A stretch of DNA of 64,000 nt from Alphaproteobacteria bacterium (GTDB lineage: Bacteria > Pseudomonadota > Alphaproteobacteria > SP197). The position numbers were made by a program, and so were the translations under genes. Where the stretch lies: positions 1-64,000 of the forward strand of contig OZ219747.1 of the NCBI GenBank assembly GCA_964291265.2, written 5' to 3'. This document shows positions 1 through 10,628 of the stretch, piece after piece. The notes under the pieces were generated by a model. That model was not told the DNA's origin, did not search any database, and saw nothing but the letters and a program-made list of their open reading frames with translations. The stretch's first letter is position 1, and each line of letters starts with the position of its first letter.

Positions 1-372
1 CGCCGTGTCGTAGGCTCTCTTCGCCGCATCGGCCGCCGCCTTGGCCTTGTCGGCGTACATCTTCGCCTTCGCGGGAAGCTGGACGGACACGAGGCTCATC
101 ACCGCCGCCTGCGCCGCCTCCGAGCCGATCTTGGCCGGATCGTCGCCGGCCGCCGCCATGCCCTGGGCCGCGAGGTCCGAGGCGGCCTTGGCCGCCGTCT
201 CGGCAGCCTTGGCCTTATCCCGCTGCTCCTGGAGCTCCGGAGCCACCGCCGGAGGATCAGCCGGGGCGGCCGTCTTGTTGCTGCTGCTGCACGCCGCCAG
301 CCCGAAAGCGAGTACGACCACGCTGCAGGCCATCGCCACGTTCTTGTACATCGGTGTCTCCGTCTGTTTCAT
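1..372 (-). CDS. Surface lipoprotein variant A, copy 1 (5' part; runs off the left edge)
   Basis: Matches 9030-9401; MKQTETPMYKNV...LAFGLAAC lipobox followed by an Ala-rich region. Confidence 0.85.
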   Translation of the reverse strand, partial: MKQTETPMYKNVAMACSVVVLAFGLAACSSSNKTAAPADPPAVAPELQEQRDKAKAAETAAKAASDLAAQGMAAAGDDPAKIGSEAAQAAVMSLVSVQLPAKAKMYADKAKAAADAAKRAYDTA

Positions 373-487
373 CGTCGAGGCTCCCCTTCGACTGCGGAAG
401 AAACCCCGTGAAGGGGCCCTTAGGATTTTGCACGCATGAGGCATCCGCAGGCCATCCGCAGGCGGCCCCGACGAACGCTCGGCGCTC

Positions 488-516
488 AATATAGGCCTGC
501 GAAACGAAAGCTGCAA
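488..516 (-). promoter_or_regulatory. sigma70-like promoter of lipoprotein cassette A1
   Basis: Minus strand reads TTGCAG-17 nt-TATATT, ~115 bp upstream of the ATG; identical in all four cassettes. Confidence 0.6.
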
Positions 517-699
517 GCCCTGATCTCCACCCCGTTTTGCCGGCCGACGGCCGGGCGCGAGACCCCCCGGACCCGCTCCGCAGAAGACCCCGGCCAGCCC
601 GCACGCAAGCGCCGGGGAACGCAGGACAGGACAGCAGCGGCCCCCCGCCACCGCACCCGCCGCACGATGGCAAGGACGGGCCGACCGCCGCCCGCGCCC

Positions 700-1599
700 T
701 CACTCCCACTCGATCGTGCCGGGCGGCTTCGACGTCACGTCGTACAGCACCCGGTTGCGGCCCGGAACCCGATTGACGATCGTCGCGGCCACCGCCGCCG
801 ACAACTCCGACGGAAACCGGCAGACGCCCGCCGTTCGGACGCCTCGTCCGCACGCAGCAGGCCGTGGTCGACCAGCACGCAGGTCAGCCGGTCGCCCACG
901 GCCTCGTGCACCAGCCGCGCCGTCACGGCGCTGTCGACGCCGCCCGACAGCCCGCAGATCACCCGCCCCCGGCCCACCTGCGCCCGGATGCGCGCGACCG
1001 CGTCCGACCGGATCCGGCCGGCCGTTCAGGTTCCCGCCAGGCCGGCCGCCTCCCGGACAAACCGGCGGGGCAGCCGGGAACCGTCCGGCGTGTGCACGAC
1101 CTCCGGATGAAACTGCACCCCGCAGTACCGGCGGCGATCGTCGGCGATGGCCGCAAACGGCGACGCGGCGGTCCGGGCCACCCCCCCGGAAGCCCGGCGG
1201 CACCGCATCCACGCGGTCTCCGTGACTCATCCATACCGGATGACGTTCGCCCGGCTTCCACAGGCCGCCGAACAGCGCCGAAGGCGCCGTGACCTCAAGG
1301 TCCGCGCGCCCGAACTCCCGGTCCCGGGCCGCGTCCACCCGGCCGCCGAGCGCCTGCACCATGGCCTGCTGTCCGTAGCAGCTCCCGAGCACCGGCACGC
1401 CGGCCCGGAAGATCTCGGGCGCGACCGTCGGGGCCGCATCGGACACCGTCGAATCGGGTCCGCCGGACTGGATGACGGCGACGGGTGGAGGATCGAGGCG
1501 CCCGGCCGCCCGGTGCCAGGGGACGATCTCGCAGTAGACGCCGTGCTCGCGCACGCGCCGCGCGATCAGCCGGGTGACCTGACTGCCGAAGAGGATCTT
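700..1599 (-). pseudogene. guaA: GMP synthase pseudogene (frameshifts plus internal deletion)
   Basis: [44 protein letters not shown] and the terminal [18 protein letters not shown] lie in different frames; the middle of the ATPPase domain is deleted near 835. Confidence 0.9.
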
Positions 1600-2300
1600 C
1601 CCGTACGGTTTCCAGACATCGTGCACCGAAGGCCGGTCGCTTCCGCGATCCCGTCCCCGCGGCCTTCGCCGAGGCGGAAAGGGCGGATCCGCTTCGTACC
1701 GGTGACGGGGATCCATTTCCACCGACCGTGAACCCGGACGCCGGTCTCGTCCTTGGGCTTGACGGCGGCCGGGGCCGCAGCATCCCGGACCTGCCCGGCG
1801 ACACCGGAGAATCGGTCGGCGCCCCGGTCCAGAAGGGCGGAAACCGTCCCTTGGGGCCGGGTCACACCGAACCGGTCTGCGAGTACCGCGACGATCCGGC
1901 GACGCGGAATCCGGTGCGCTGCCCCAGGTACTGCACGATCGCCCCCGGGCCGTACGGGACCGGAACCGTCCCGCCCTCCGGAAAGCGGTTCGGGTTCCCC
2001 TCTCCGCAAGGGGCCACACACCGCTTGATGAATCCGGGGTTCGACGGTCTCAAGCGCCATCGGCGGAAGGTCCGTGAGCGGCCGGGTGGCCTGCACCTCC
2101 GAAGGCAATCCGGCCCGGGACCTTCCGCATCGACCGCAGGAATCGGGAGGAAGATCCTCGATCCGACCCGGCGTCTCGGAACGGCGCAGCGTCGTTCCCG
2201 GATGACCGGGCTGGCCGCCCGGCCGGCGGTCCGAAGCACGGCGGCGGACGGAAGTGCTCTCCATTCGTCCCCGGTCGGGAAAGGCCGTCACGGGGGGGAA
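1600..2300 (-). mobile_element. IS66-family transposase remnant
   Basis: [20 protein letters not shown] and VHDVWKPY motifs in shifting frames; fused directly to the guaA remnant. Confidence 0.65.
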
Positions 2301-2418
2301 CCGGGATGTCAAGCCGAAGTTACGACCTGACCCGGGTACCTCCACGCTTCCTTGCGAACTCCCGGACCCCGCCTCGGAAGGGCGCGTACACCCAAGCTGT
2401 CGGCCATGCTCGGCACAC

Positions 2419-2457
2419 AAAAGAGCGGCGCCCGATCCGCGCGGGATCGGGCGCCGC
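2419..2457 (-). terminator. Rho-independent terminator after lipoprotein B1
   Basis: Perfect 14-bp stem GCGGCGCCCGATCC/GGATCGGGCGCCGC followed by TCTTTT on the minus strand. Confidence 0.75.
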
Positions 2458-2511
2458 CTCGCTGACGACCGGGGCAAGCCCGGCGGCGGCGAACCTCAGC
2501 CGCTCACGGGG

Positions 2512-4338
2512 TCACTGCTTGCGGCCACCGAAGGCGCCGCGGAACTCGCCCTGCTTCTTGTCCGCCGAAGTGAAGTCGAAGATGCCGCCGACCTCCACCG
2601 CCATGGGGCCGTAGAAGTTGCCGCTGACCGTGCCCGTGTACTCCCCGGTCGTCTCCAACGTTACGGGGTCATCACCGCTCTTACTGCCCACGTTGGTGGC
2701 GAGGAGCACGGTGGCCTTGGTTCCCGCGAACCCGTTGCCGGCAATCGCACCCTCAAGCCGAGCGAAGGCGGCGGGGGTGTCGGGGTCGTCGACGTTGGAG
2801 CTGGTGGAAAGTGTCACATGAATGCCGTTCGTCACGAAGTTCACCGCCGTTTCCGAACCGCCGGTGTAGGACCGGATCATGCCCTCGCCATCGGCGTCCG
2901 CACTGCGGACCTGCCCAACCCAATGGCCATCATAGACGGCGTGTCCGGAGGTCGGCATGTCGGTGGTCATGCTGGTCAGCGTGCGGACAAACGGGATGCC
3001 CAGCCCATCAGGGTCTTCATTGTCGCCGCCGCTCACTTCCTTCAGCGTGACCCACGTGCCGTAGTTCATGTGTTCGTAGGCCATCTCGGCAGGAAACTTC
3101 ACATCGCCGCGGACGGATATCGCACCATACGTGATCTTCTCGGCGCCGACACTATCACGTTTCAGATAGATACGATCGCCTTTCGCTCTGGTCAGCCCCA
3201 AGAAATTGCCCGCTACAGGCGCAATGACGTAGTAGATTTCCTTGTTCTTGTTCTCCTCGGTATCGGCGTTGGAGTCCTTTGTGTCCATCTCAATCTTATT
3301 ATTGCTGACCATGACACCTGACGTTTCGTCATTAAGATTATTCCAATCCTCTTGCATGAGCTTGTAGAACTCTCCGCCTGCCCGATGAACTTTCAACTTG
3401 GGGTAGCTTGTGGTTGTGACTGCATCCGTTAAATCGAGCGCTCCGTACGGCAGGTCGTTGCTTACATCGTGGTCCGTCTCCTCGGGGTCGGGTCCTCCTT
3501 CACCCGCCGGGACATAGATGAAAACATCCTTGGAGCCGACATACTTGTCGATGATCCGCAAACGGGCCGTGTCGTCTTTCGAGTCGATGTCGACGCCGAC
3601 CGGCAGTTTCCGCGCCTCGATCTCCGGCTGCGCCAGTCTCTCGGGATCTGCTTGGTAGGTGATTGCCGTCCGCGCGGTGTGCGCGTCCTCTTCGATTTCT
3701 TGGGTTCCGGTTGTTACCTTCTGCTCGCCGGTGCCGGTTTCCGCCTTCGGAGCACCCGACATGATCGATGTGGCGCCGACCGTGTAGGTTCCGTCGGCGT
3801 ACTTGATCCCCATCTTGGCCGCATCCACCGCCTGTTTGGCCTTCGCATTGGCAATCGCGGCCTGCGCCTCGGCTTCCTTCCGGGCCGCCTCGGCGGCGCG
3901 CTTGGCCTCGGTCGCCGCCACCACGCTCGTCGTCGCCGCCGCCTTCGCGGATTCCGCCTTCGCCGTGTCGTAGGCTTTCTTCGCCGCATCGGCCGCCGCC
4001 TTGGCCTCGTCGGCGTACATCTTCGCCTTCGTAGCAAGCTGGACGGACACGAGGTTCATCACCGCCGTCTGCGCCTCATCCGAGCCGATCTTGGCCGGAT
4101 CGTCGTCGGCCGCCGCCATGCCCTGGGCCGCGAGATCCGAGGCGGCCTTGGCCGCATCCTCGGCCGCCTTGGCCGCATCCCGCTGCTGCTGGAGCTCCGC
4201 ATCCACCTTCGGAGGAGGATCAGCCGGGGCGGCCGTCTTGTTGCTGCTGCTGCTGCACGCCGCCAGCCCGAAAGCGAGCACGACCACGCTGCAGGCCGTC
4301 GCCACGTTCTTGTACATCGGTGTCTCCGTCTGTTTCAT
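2512..4338 (-). CDS. TbpB-like (transferrin-binding-protein-like) surface lipoprotein variant B, copy 1 (608 aa)
   Basis: Lipobox LAAC, Ala-rich helical region, C-terminal barrel motifs MPTSGHAVYDGHW and GNFYGP..EVGGIF..GAFGGRK; alternative start at 4317. Confidence 0.85.
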   Translation of the reverse strand: MKQTETPMYKNVATACSVVVLAFGLAACSSSSNKTAAPADPPPKVDAELQQQRDAAKAAEDAAKAASDLAAQGMAAADDDPAKIGSDEAQTAVMNLVSVQLATKAKMYADEAKAAADAAKKAYDTAKAESAKAAATTSVVAATEAKRAAEAARKEAEAQAAIANAKAKQAVDAAKMGIKYADGTYTVGATSIMSGAPKAETGTGEQKVTTGTQEIEEDAHTARTAITYQADPERLAQPEIEARKLPVGVDIDSKDDTARLRIIDKYVGSKDVFIYVPAGEGGPDPEETDHDVSNDLPYGALDLTDAVTTTSYPKLKVHRAGGEFYKLMQEDWNNLNDETSGVMVSNNKIEMDTKDSNADTEENKNKEIYYVIAPVAGNFLGLTRAKGDRIYLKRDSVGAEKITYGAISVRGDVKFPAEMAYEHMNYGTWVTLKEVSGGDNEDPDGLGIPFVRTLTSMTTDMPTSGHAVYDGHWVGQVRSADADGEGMIRSYTGGSETAVNFVTNGIHVTLSTSSNVDDPDTPAAFARLEGAIAGNGFAGTKATVLLATNVGSKSGDDPVTLETTGEYTGTVSGNFYGPMAVEVGGIFDFTSADKKQGEFRGAFGGRKQ

Positions 4339-4453
4339 CGTCGAGGCTCCCCTTCGACTGCGGAAGAAACCCCGTGAAGGGGCCCTTAGGATTTTGCACG
4401 CATGAGGCATCCGCAGGCCATCCGCAGGCGGCCCCGACGAACGCTCGGCGCTC

Positions 4454-4482
4454 AATATAGGCCTGCGAAACGAAAGCTGCAA
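4454..4482 (-). promoter_or_regulatory. sigma70-like promoter of cassette B1
   Basis: TTGCAG-N17-TATATT. Confidence 0.6.
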
Positions 4483-4665
4483 GCCCTGATCTCCACCCCG
4501 TTTTGCCGGCCGACGGCCGGGCGCGAGGCACCCCCGGACCCGCTCCGCAGAAGACCCCGGCCAGCCCGCACGCAAGCGCCGGGGAACGCAGGACAGGACA
4601 GCAGCGGCCCCCCGCCACCGCACCCGCCGCACGATGGCAAGGACGGGCCGACCGCCGCCGCGCCC

Positions 4666-5030
4666 TCACTCCCACTCGATCGTGCCGGGCGGCTTCGACG
4701 TCACGTCGTACAGCACCCGGTTGCGGCCCGGAACCCGATTGACGATCGTCGCGGCCACCGCCGCCGACAACTCCGACGGAAACCGGCAGACGCCCGCCGT
4801 CATGCCGTCGACCGACGTCACCGCACGCCGCCCGAGAGCGTAGTCGTACGAGCGGCGGTCTCCCATCACCCCGACACTCCGGACCGGCAGCAGGACCGCA
4901 AACGCCTGCCAGATGTCGTCGTACAGGCCCGCCCGGCGGATGGCGTCCAGCCCGGTCCGGTCGGCCTCGCGCAGCAGCGCAACCCTGGCGCGGGTGACCG
5001 CGCCGGGGATCCGGACCGCCAGCCCCGCGC
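4666..5030 (-). pseudogene. guaA: GMP synthase C-terminal fragment, truncated by an IS4 end
   Basis: GLAVRIPG...[25 protein letters not shown]...[11 protein letters not shown]; begins exactly at the IS4 TIR (5031). Confidence 0.9.
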
Positions 5031-5450
5031 CTTTCAACCGGACACACCCGTCTCATCGGACTCCTCGCCAACCCGGCCGTACATGGTGGCCCATGAGGAT
5101 CGGCTTTCGACGTCGGTCTGCGACGACGGGGGATGGACGGAAGGCAGCATCGACGGCCGAGAACAGCCCGCGCTCGTCCCTGGCGCAAGGAGTGGCGCAA
5201 CGCGAAGGGCGACCCGTACCTGGCCTCGGCACGCACGGCCTTGCCCGGTCTTGTTTCGTCGCTCGACATCGTCCTTCCCGCACCCAGGCCTCAATGCCCT
5301 CAGCCCCGGCATCCTTGAGCAGGACGATCCCGACAAGCCCCTTGCAGGGGCCCTGGAGGACCTCGGAGAAGTCACCGTGGAGCCGGTCGGCAGCGGCGCG
5401 GACAAGCGCGCTTGGCACGGTCGATGATGGCGACCTGGCATCCCGAGGGC
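5031..5450 (+). mobile_element. Left-end remnant of DUF4338-IS4 element
   Basis: TIR CTTTCAACCGGACAC; sequence homologous to 21420-21850 (AHEDRLSTS, EWRNAKG, LEDLGEVT, MMATWHPEG). Confidence 0.85.
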
Positions 5451-5454
5451 GCTG

Positions 5455-5741
5455 CAGGATCCCCTCGTCGCGCCCCGATGGCCTCGGCGGCCTGGGGGTC
5501 TCCGCCGCTTGCGCTCGAGACCGTCGAACCCCGGATTCCCCAGGCGGTGTGTCGCCCCTGCGGAGAGGGGAACCCGGGCCGCTTTCCGGAGAGCGGGACG
5601 GCCCGGTCCCGTACGGCCCGGGGGCGATCGCGCAGTACCTGGGGCAGCGCACCGGATTCCGCGTCGCCGGATCGTCGCGGTACTCGCAGACCGGTTCGGT
5701 GTGACCCGGCCCCAAGGGACGGTTTCCGCCCTTCTGGACCG
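5455..5741 (+). mobile_element. IS66 transposase remnant, inverted relative to 1825-2067
   Basis: Near-identical reverse complement of 1825-2067. Confidence 0.7.
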
Positions 5742-5984
5742 ACGCCCTCGCCTGGCATGAAGCGCGACCCCCGCCGGAATCCAGGGCCGGAAAGCCACGC
5801 GGAAGACGCCGGAAACGCAGGGGCTGGAACCTCGCCCGGCGGCTGCGGGACCCTCGAAAGGGGATTCTGCGGTTCACGCGGGACCCGTCCGTTCCACCGA
5901 CTGCCGCACAACGCACGCACACTCGGCCCGGAAGCATCACCCGGATTGGACAAACCAGAGCCGGTGCGATGCGGCTCCCTGCCG

Positions 5985-7322
5985 TCAGAAGGTTCCGACG
6001 ACGCCGAATTCGCCGACGACGCGGGTGTAGTCGTAGAGCACGAGGTTGCTCTTCCGCCGCTCGTGGCGCACGGTGATTTCCGGCATGAAGCCGAACAGTT
6101 CGACATACCGGTTGGACAGTCGGACCCACGCCGCCAGCGTCCGGTCCCGCCGCGCGTCCGGACCGAGCCACAGGAGCGGGGCCCCGTACCTGCGCCACAC
6201 GTGGGTCGCTCCCCCGCTCGCCACGAAGCCGCGGGGGAGCTCGCGCGACACCGACAGTCCGACCGTGAACGCGCGCCACGAATAGCCCTCCTGATCCAGC
6301 GCCTCGCGGCTCCAGCCGGCATCCGCCTGCAGCAGCGTCGCCTGGCCCAGAGCATGAACCAGATCGATCCCGGCCGCATCCGCGGTCCCCGTGCCGAGAA
6401 ATCCCTCATAGTCGACCCACTCGTGCCTGAGCGTCGCGCCCAGCCGCCACGTCGGCCCGGCCAGCCAGCTGCCCGTCAGTTCGAGGCCCTGGGCCCGGCT
6501 GTAGGTATCGCCGGCAACCCAGCGCTGCCGGACGGTACCCTCGGCGCGCAGGTCGAACGCGCCGAACAGAAAGCGCGGCCCGGCGCGCAGGCTGAGGATG
6601 CGGTCGCTGAATTCGCTCTTCCGGTAGGTCCGGGTCCGAAGCCCGCCGCCCACCCGGAACCGCAGGTCGGGCGAGAGCCGCTCCTCGTGGCTTCCGTACA
6701 GGTTCGCCGCCACCCCGACATCGCTGGTCCGGCGTGCATCGTCCGACAGCGTGGCGGGCACGCCGGACAGCGGGATCTGGCGTGCATCGGTGGCGGTGTT
6801 GATGTTGGTGTCGGGCGCGAGGGCCAGCGAGCCGGTGACCGACCAGCCCTTGCGCCGCCGGATCCGGTCGAGGAAGGCGAGGGCATTGGCGCGAACCTCC
6901 TCGGGCAGATTGCCCGCCCCGAGCGCCAGACGGAAATGACGCGCTGCGTTGCGGTCCTCCCCAGCCTGGAAATACGCCAGCGCCAGGTCGAGCCGCACCC
7001 GGGGCAGGTCGGGGTTGCGCGCCAGCATCGCCCGGAAACGCGCGATCGCGGCCGGCCAGTCGCCGCGCTGCATCGCAATCGATCCGTGCAGGAAATCCAG
7101 ATCGTCGGCATTCCCCTCGCCCGGCGGCACACCCTCGAGAAGAACCGCCGCATCCTCGGGCTGGCCCGCCACCAGCGCGGTCCGCGCGGCCTCGATCAGT
7201 ACCTCGGCAGAGACCCCGTCATCAGGCGGCTCCCGGTCCGGATCCTCCTGTGCGGACAAGGGAGCCGCAGCCAGAACCAGCGCGAGCAGAAGGGGAATCG
7301 CAAAACCCGTAGATCGAGGCAT
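5985..7322 (-). CDS. Slam-like surface lipoprotein assembly modulator (TPR + DUF560 beta-barrel; type XI secretion)
   Basis: Signal peptide, TPR (RVRLDLALAYF), APDTNIN motif, SNLVLYDY and C-terminal Phe; directly downstream of a TbpB-like lipoprotein. Confidence 0.85.
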   Translation of the reverse strand: MPRSTGFAIPLLLALVLAAAPLSAQEDPDREPPDDGVSAEVLIEAARTALVAGQPEDAAVLLEGVPPGEGNADDLDFLHGSIAMQRGDWPAAIARFRAMLARNPDLPRVRLDLALAYFQAGEDRNAARHFRLALGAGNLPEEVRANALAFLDRIRRRKGWSVTGSLALAPDTNINTATDARQIPLSGVPATLSDDARRTSDVGVAANLYGSHEERLSPDLRFRVGGGLRTRTYRKSEFSDRILSLRAGPRFLFGAFDLRAEGTVRQRWVAGDTYSRAQGLELTGSWLAGPTWRLGATLRHEWVDYEGFLGTGTADAAGIDLVHALGQATLLQADAGWSREALDQEGYSWRAFTVGLSVSRELPRGFVASGGATHVWRRYGAPLLWLGPDARRDRTLAAWVRLSNRYVELFGFMPEITVRHERRKSNLVLYDYTRVVGEFGVVGTF

Positions 7323-7382
7323 GCACGGATTGCCCGGCCAGCGTCCGAAAAGACAAGGCCGCCAGGGTCGTGACGGCGGCGC

Positions 7383-9401
7383 CTATTCGGGAACGTCCGG
7401 AATATCGAGCCGACGATTGACCTTCATCAAAGCACCCGGGACGGCACCCGACGTTGACGGGATCATCTCGGCCATCGGCATGCCGAACTTCGAGCCGCCG
7501 AAGGCACCGCGGAACTCGCCCTTCACCAACTTCTCCGACGTATAGTCGAACACGCCGCCGACCTCCTCGGCCTCAGAGCCGAAGAAGCTACCGCTGAACT
7601 CGCCCGTGAAGCCGGCTCCATCGGCAGTGGCGACCAGGTTCCCCTTGTTGGCCTTGACGTCGGAGACCTTGGTTCCCGAGAACATGTTGCCGGAAATCGC
7701 GCCCTCAAGCATGGCAAGCTGGTGCAGATTGACCTTGACGGTATTCTTCGCAAAGTCCGCCGTCACCACCGAGTTGCCGCTTTGCTCGGTAATCGGAGAA
7801 GGGTTGGTGGTGACGCCGCCGGCGCCCGAGACGACGGCCCTCGCACGAACATGCGCCGCCCAGGAACCGTTGTAGGTGGCGGTGCCGGTCGCCGGCATGG
7901 CGTCGGCGGCGGTCATGCTGCCGCCCTGCTTGGCCATGGCGAATGCGATGCCCAGCTCCTTCGGCTTCTCGCCGGAATCGCTCAGCATCGACCACAGGCC
8001 GAAATTGACATGATCGTAGGCCATCGATTCCGGAAAGTCGGAAACGGATATCTTGTCAGGGTCTCCCCGATAGTCTCCCGTCCAAGCCTGGATCATCTTG
8101 TACTGGAACGACTTCGTGCCGTCCGGCTTGGTGATGGTCGCGACCAGTTCCAGCCATGTCCTTCGGTCATTGCGGGCACCATCCGCGTCGTTACGGTTGT
8201 CTTGAATGTAGAAGACCTTGCCTTCTCCAAGTTTTTCCTCGTCGTCGCCCGTATAGATGTCGAACGTTCCGGCGCTCCCGTTCCAGATCCGGCCCCCGAC
8301 GGGTTCGACCGAGCCTGACGTGGCAAGGTAGAAGTTGCCGGACGCCTTCTCCACCACCTTCGGCCCGCCCGCATAGTCGGTACCGGTGTCATCCTTCGCC
8401 CACTTGCCGTAGGGAGCATCCGGTTCCTGGTCTACGGTGGCCGTGACTTGGGTCTCTTCGCGATAGAAGAATCCGACGGATGCCTTGCCCATGTAATGCG
8501 TGACGAGCCAGAGACGGGACTTGTCGTCCTCCGAATCGTACATGTTGCTGACCCGGATCTTGCGGCCCGTATTGATCTGCGGCGATCCCAAGACGCCCCC
8601 TGCCGGCGTGTCCCGGGATGTGAGGCCCGTGTATTCGGTGCCGGCGTTATGGATGCGGGGCCTAAGGTCAGCCACCATATGGGTCACGTCGGTGGTCACA
8701 ACCTTGTCCGTGGATGGGCTCACGGGATCCTTGCGGGCCACGGTCTTCTTTGCGATGCCGTCGTCAGACCCGAGAAGGCCGACCGTCACCGACTTGCCGT
8801 CGACGGTTCTCGTGGTCCCCGCTGTGCCGGGCGTGATCGACATGGCGCCGACCGTGTAGGTTCCGTCGGCGTACGCGATCCCCTTGGCCGCATCCACCGC
8901 CAGTTTGGCCTGGGCATTGGCGATCTCGGCCTGCGCCTCGGCTTCCTTCCGGGCCGCCTCGGCGTCGAGCCTGGCCTCGGCCGCCGCCGCCAGACTGGTC
9001 GCCGCCGCCGCCTTCGCGGATGCCGCCTTCGCCGTGTCGTAGGCTCTCTTCGCCGCATCGGCCGCCGCCTTGGCCTTGTCGGCGTACATCTTCGCCTTCG
9101 CGGGAAGCTGGACGGACACGAGGCTCATCACCGCCGCCTGCGCCGCCTCCGAGCCGATCTTGGCCGGATCGTCGCCGGCCGCCGCCATGCCCTGGGCCGC
9201 GAGGTCCGAGGCGGCCTTGGCCGCCGTCTCGGCAGCCTTGGCCTTATCCCGCTGCTCCTGGAGCTCCGGAGCCACCGCCGGAGGATCAGCCGGGGCGGCC
9301 GTCTTGTTGCTGCTGCTGCACGCCGCCAGCCCGAAAGCGAGTACGACCACGCTGCAGGCCATCGCCACGTTCTTGTACATCGGTGTCTCCGTCTGTTTCA
9401 T
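7383..9401 (-). CDS. TbpB-like surface lipoprotein variant A, copy 2 (672 aa)
   Basis: Lipobox LAAC, Ala-rich N-terminus, MPATGTATYNGSW, GSFFGSEAEEVGGVF..GAFGG. Confidence 0.85.
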   Translation of the reverse strand: MKQTETPMYKNVAMACSVVVLAFGLAACSSSNKTAAPADPPAVAPELQEQRDKAKAAETAAKAASDLAAQGMAAAGDDPAKIGSEAAQAAVMSLVSVQLPAKAKMYADKAKAAADAAKRAYDTAKAASAKAAAATSLAAAAEARLDAEAARKEAEAQAEIANAQAKLAVDAAKGIAYADGTYTVGAMSITPGTAGTTRTVDGKSVTVGLLGSDDGIAKKTVARKDPVSPSTDKVVTTDVTHMVADLRPRIHNAGTEYTGLTSRDTPAGGVLGSPQINTGRKIRVSNMYDSEDDKSRLWLVTHYMGKASVGFFYREETQVTATVDQEPDAPYGKWAKDDTGTDYAGGPKVVEKASGNFYLATSGSVEPVGGRIWNGSAGTFDIYTGDDEEKLGEGKVFYIQDNRNDADGARNDRRTWLELVATITKPDGTKSFQYKMIQAWTGDYRGDPDKISVSDFPESMAYDHVNFGLWSMLSDSGEKPKELGIAFAMAKQGGSMTAADAMPATGTATYNGSWAAHVRARAVVSGAGGVTTNPSPITEQSGNSVVTADFAKNTVKVNLHQLAMLEGAISGNMFSGTKVSDVKANKGNLVATADGAGFTGEFSGSFFGSEAEEVGGVFDYTSEKLVKGEFRGAFGGSKFGMPMAEMIPSTSGAVPGALMKVNRRLDIPDVPE

Positions 9402-9516
9402 CGTCGAGGCTCCCCTTCGACTGCGGAAGAAACCCCGTGAAGGGGCCCTTAGGATTTTGCACGCATGAGGCATCCGCAGGCCATCCGCAGGCGGCCCCGA
9501 CGAACGCTCGGCGCTC

Positions 9517-9545
9517 AATATAGGCCTGCGAAACGAAAGCTGCAA
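9517..9545 (-). promoter_or_regulatory. sigma70-like promoter of cassette A2 (probably drives lipoprotein A plus Slam)
   Basis: TTGCAG-N17-TATATT. Confidence 0.6.
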
Positions 9546-9728
9546 GCCCTGATCTCCACCCCGTTTTGCCGGCCGACGGCCGGGCGCGAGACCCCCCGGA
9601 CCCGCTCCGCAGAAGACCCCGGCCAGCCCGCACGCAAGCGCCGGGGAACGCAGGACAGGACAGCAGCGGCCCCCCGCCACCGCACCCGCCGCACGATGGC
9701 AAGGACGGGCCGACCGCCGCCCGCGCCC

Positions 9729-10628
9729 TCACTCCCACTCGATCGTGCCGGGCGGCTTCGACGTCACGTCGTACAGCACCCGGTTGCGGCCCGGAACCCG
9801 ATTGACGATCGTCGCGGCCACCGCCGCCGACAACTCCGACGGAAACCGGCAGACGCCCGCCGTTCGGACGCCTCGTCCGCACGCAGCAGGCCGTGGTCGA
9901 CCAGCACGCAGGTCAGCCGGTCGCCCACGGCCTCGTGCACCAGCCGCGCCGTCACGGCGCTGTCGACGCCGCCCGACAGCCCGCAGATCACCCGCCCCCG
10001 GCCCACCTGCGCCCGGATGCGCGCGACCGCGTCCGACCGGATCCGGCCGGCCGTTCAGGTTCCCGCCAGGCCGGCCGCCTCCCGGACAAACCGGCGGGGC
10101 AGCCGGGAACCGTCCGGCGTGTGCACGACCTCCGGATGAAACTGCACCCCGCAGTACCGGCGGCGATCGTCGGCGATGGCCGCAAACGGCGACGCGGCGG
10201 TCCGGGCCACCCCCCCGGAAGCCCGGCGGCACCGCATCCACGCGGTCTCCGTGACTCATCCATACCGGATGACGTTCGCCCGGCTTCCACAGGCCGCCGA
10301 ACAGCGCCGAAGGCGCCGTGACCTCAAGGTCCGCGCGCCCGAACTCCCGGTCCCGGGCCGCGTCCACCCGGCCGCCGAGCGCCTGCACCATGGCCTGCTG
10401 TCCGTAGCAGCTCCCGAGCACCGGCACGCCGGCCCGGAAGATCTCGGGCGCGACCGTCGGGGCCGCATCGGACACCGTCGAATCGGGTCCGCCGGACTGG
10501 ATGACGGCGACGGGTGGAGGATCGAGGCGCCCGGCCGCCCGGTGCCAGGGGACGATCTCGCAGTAGACGCCGTGCTCGCGCACGCGCCGCGCGATCAGCC
10601 GGGTGACCTGACTGCCGAAGAGGATCTT
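9729..10628 (-). pseudogene. guaA: GMP synthase pseudogene, copy of 700-1599
   Basis: Same translations as copy 1. Confidence 0.9.

Noticed and set aside
700-2019. 439-aa ORF as an intact guaA or a novel IS66-GuaA fusion protein
   Set aside because: It stitches out-of-frame IS66 and guaA remnants together; key guaA motifs ([14 protein letters not shown]) lie in other frames.
4243-4257. (AGC)n tract after the lipobox differing between variants (3 vs 4 Ser) as a phase-variation switch
   Set aside because: The trinucleotide change is in frame and the tract is short, so it cannot switch expression.
4339-4632. Long N-terminal extensions of the lipoprotein ORFs in the ORF track (706/765 aa)
   Set aside because: The extension spans the promoter and leader. 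The RBS and signal peptide place the start at MKQTETP or MYKNV.
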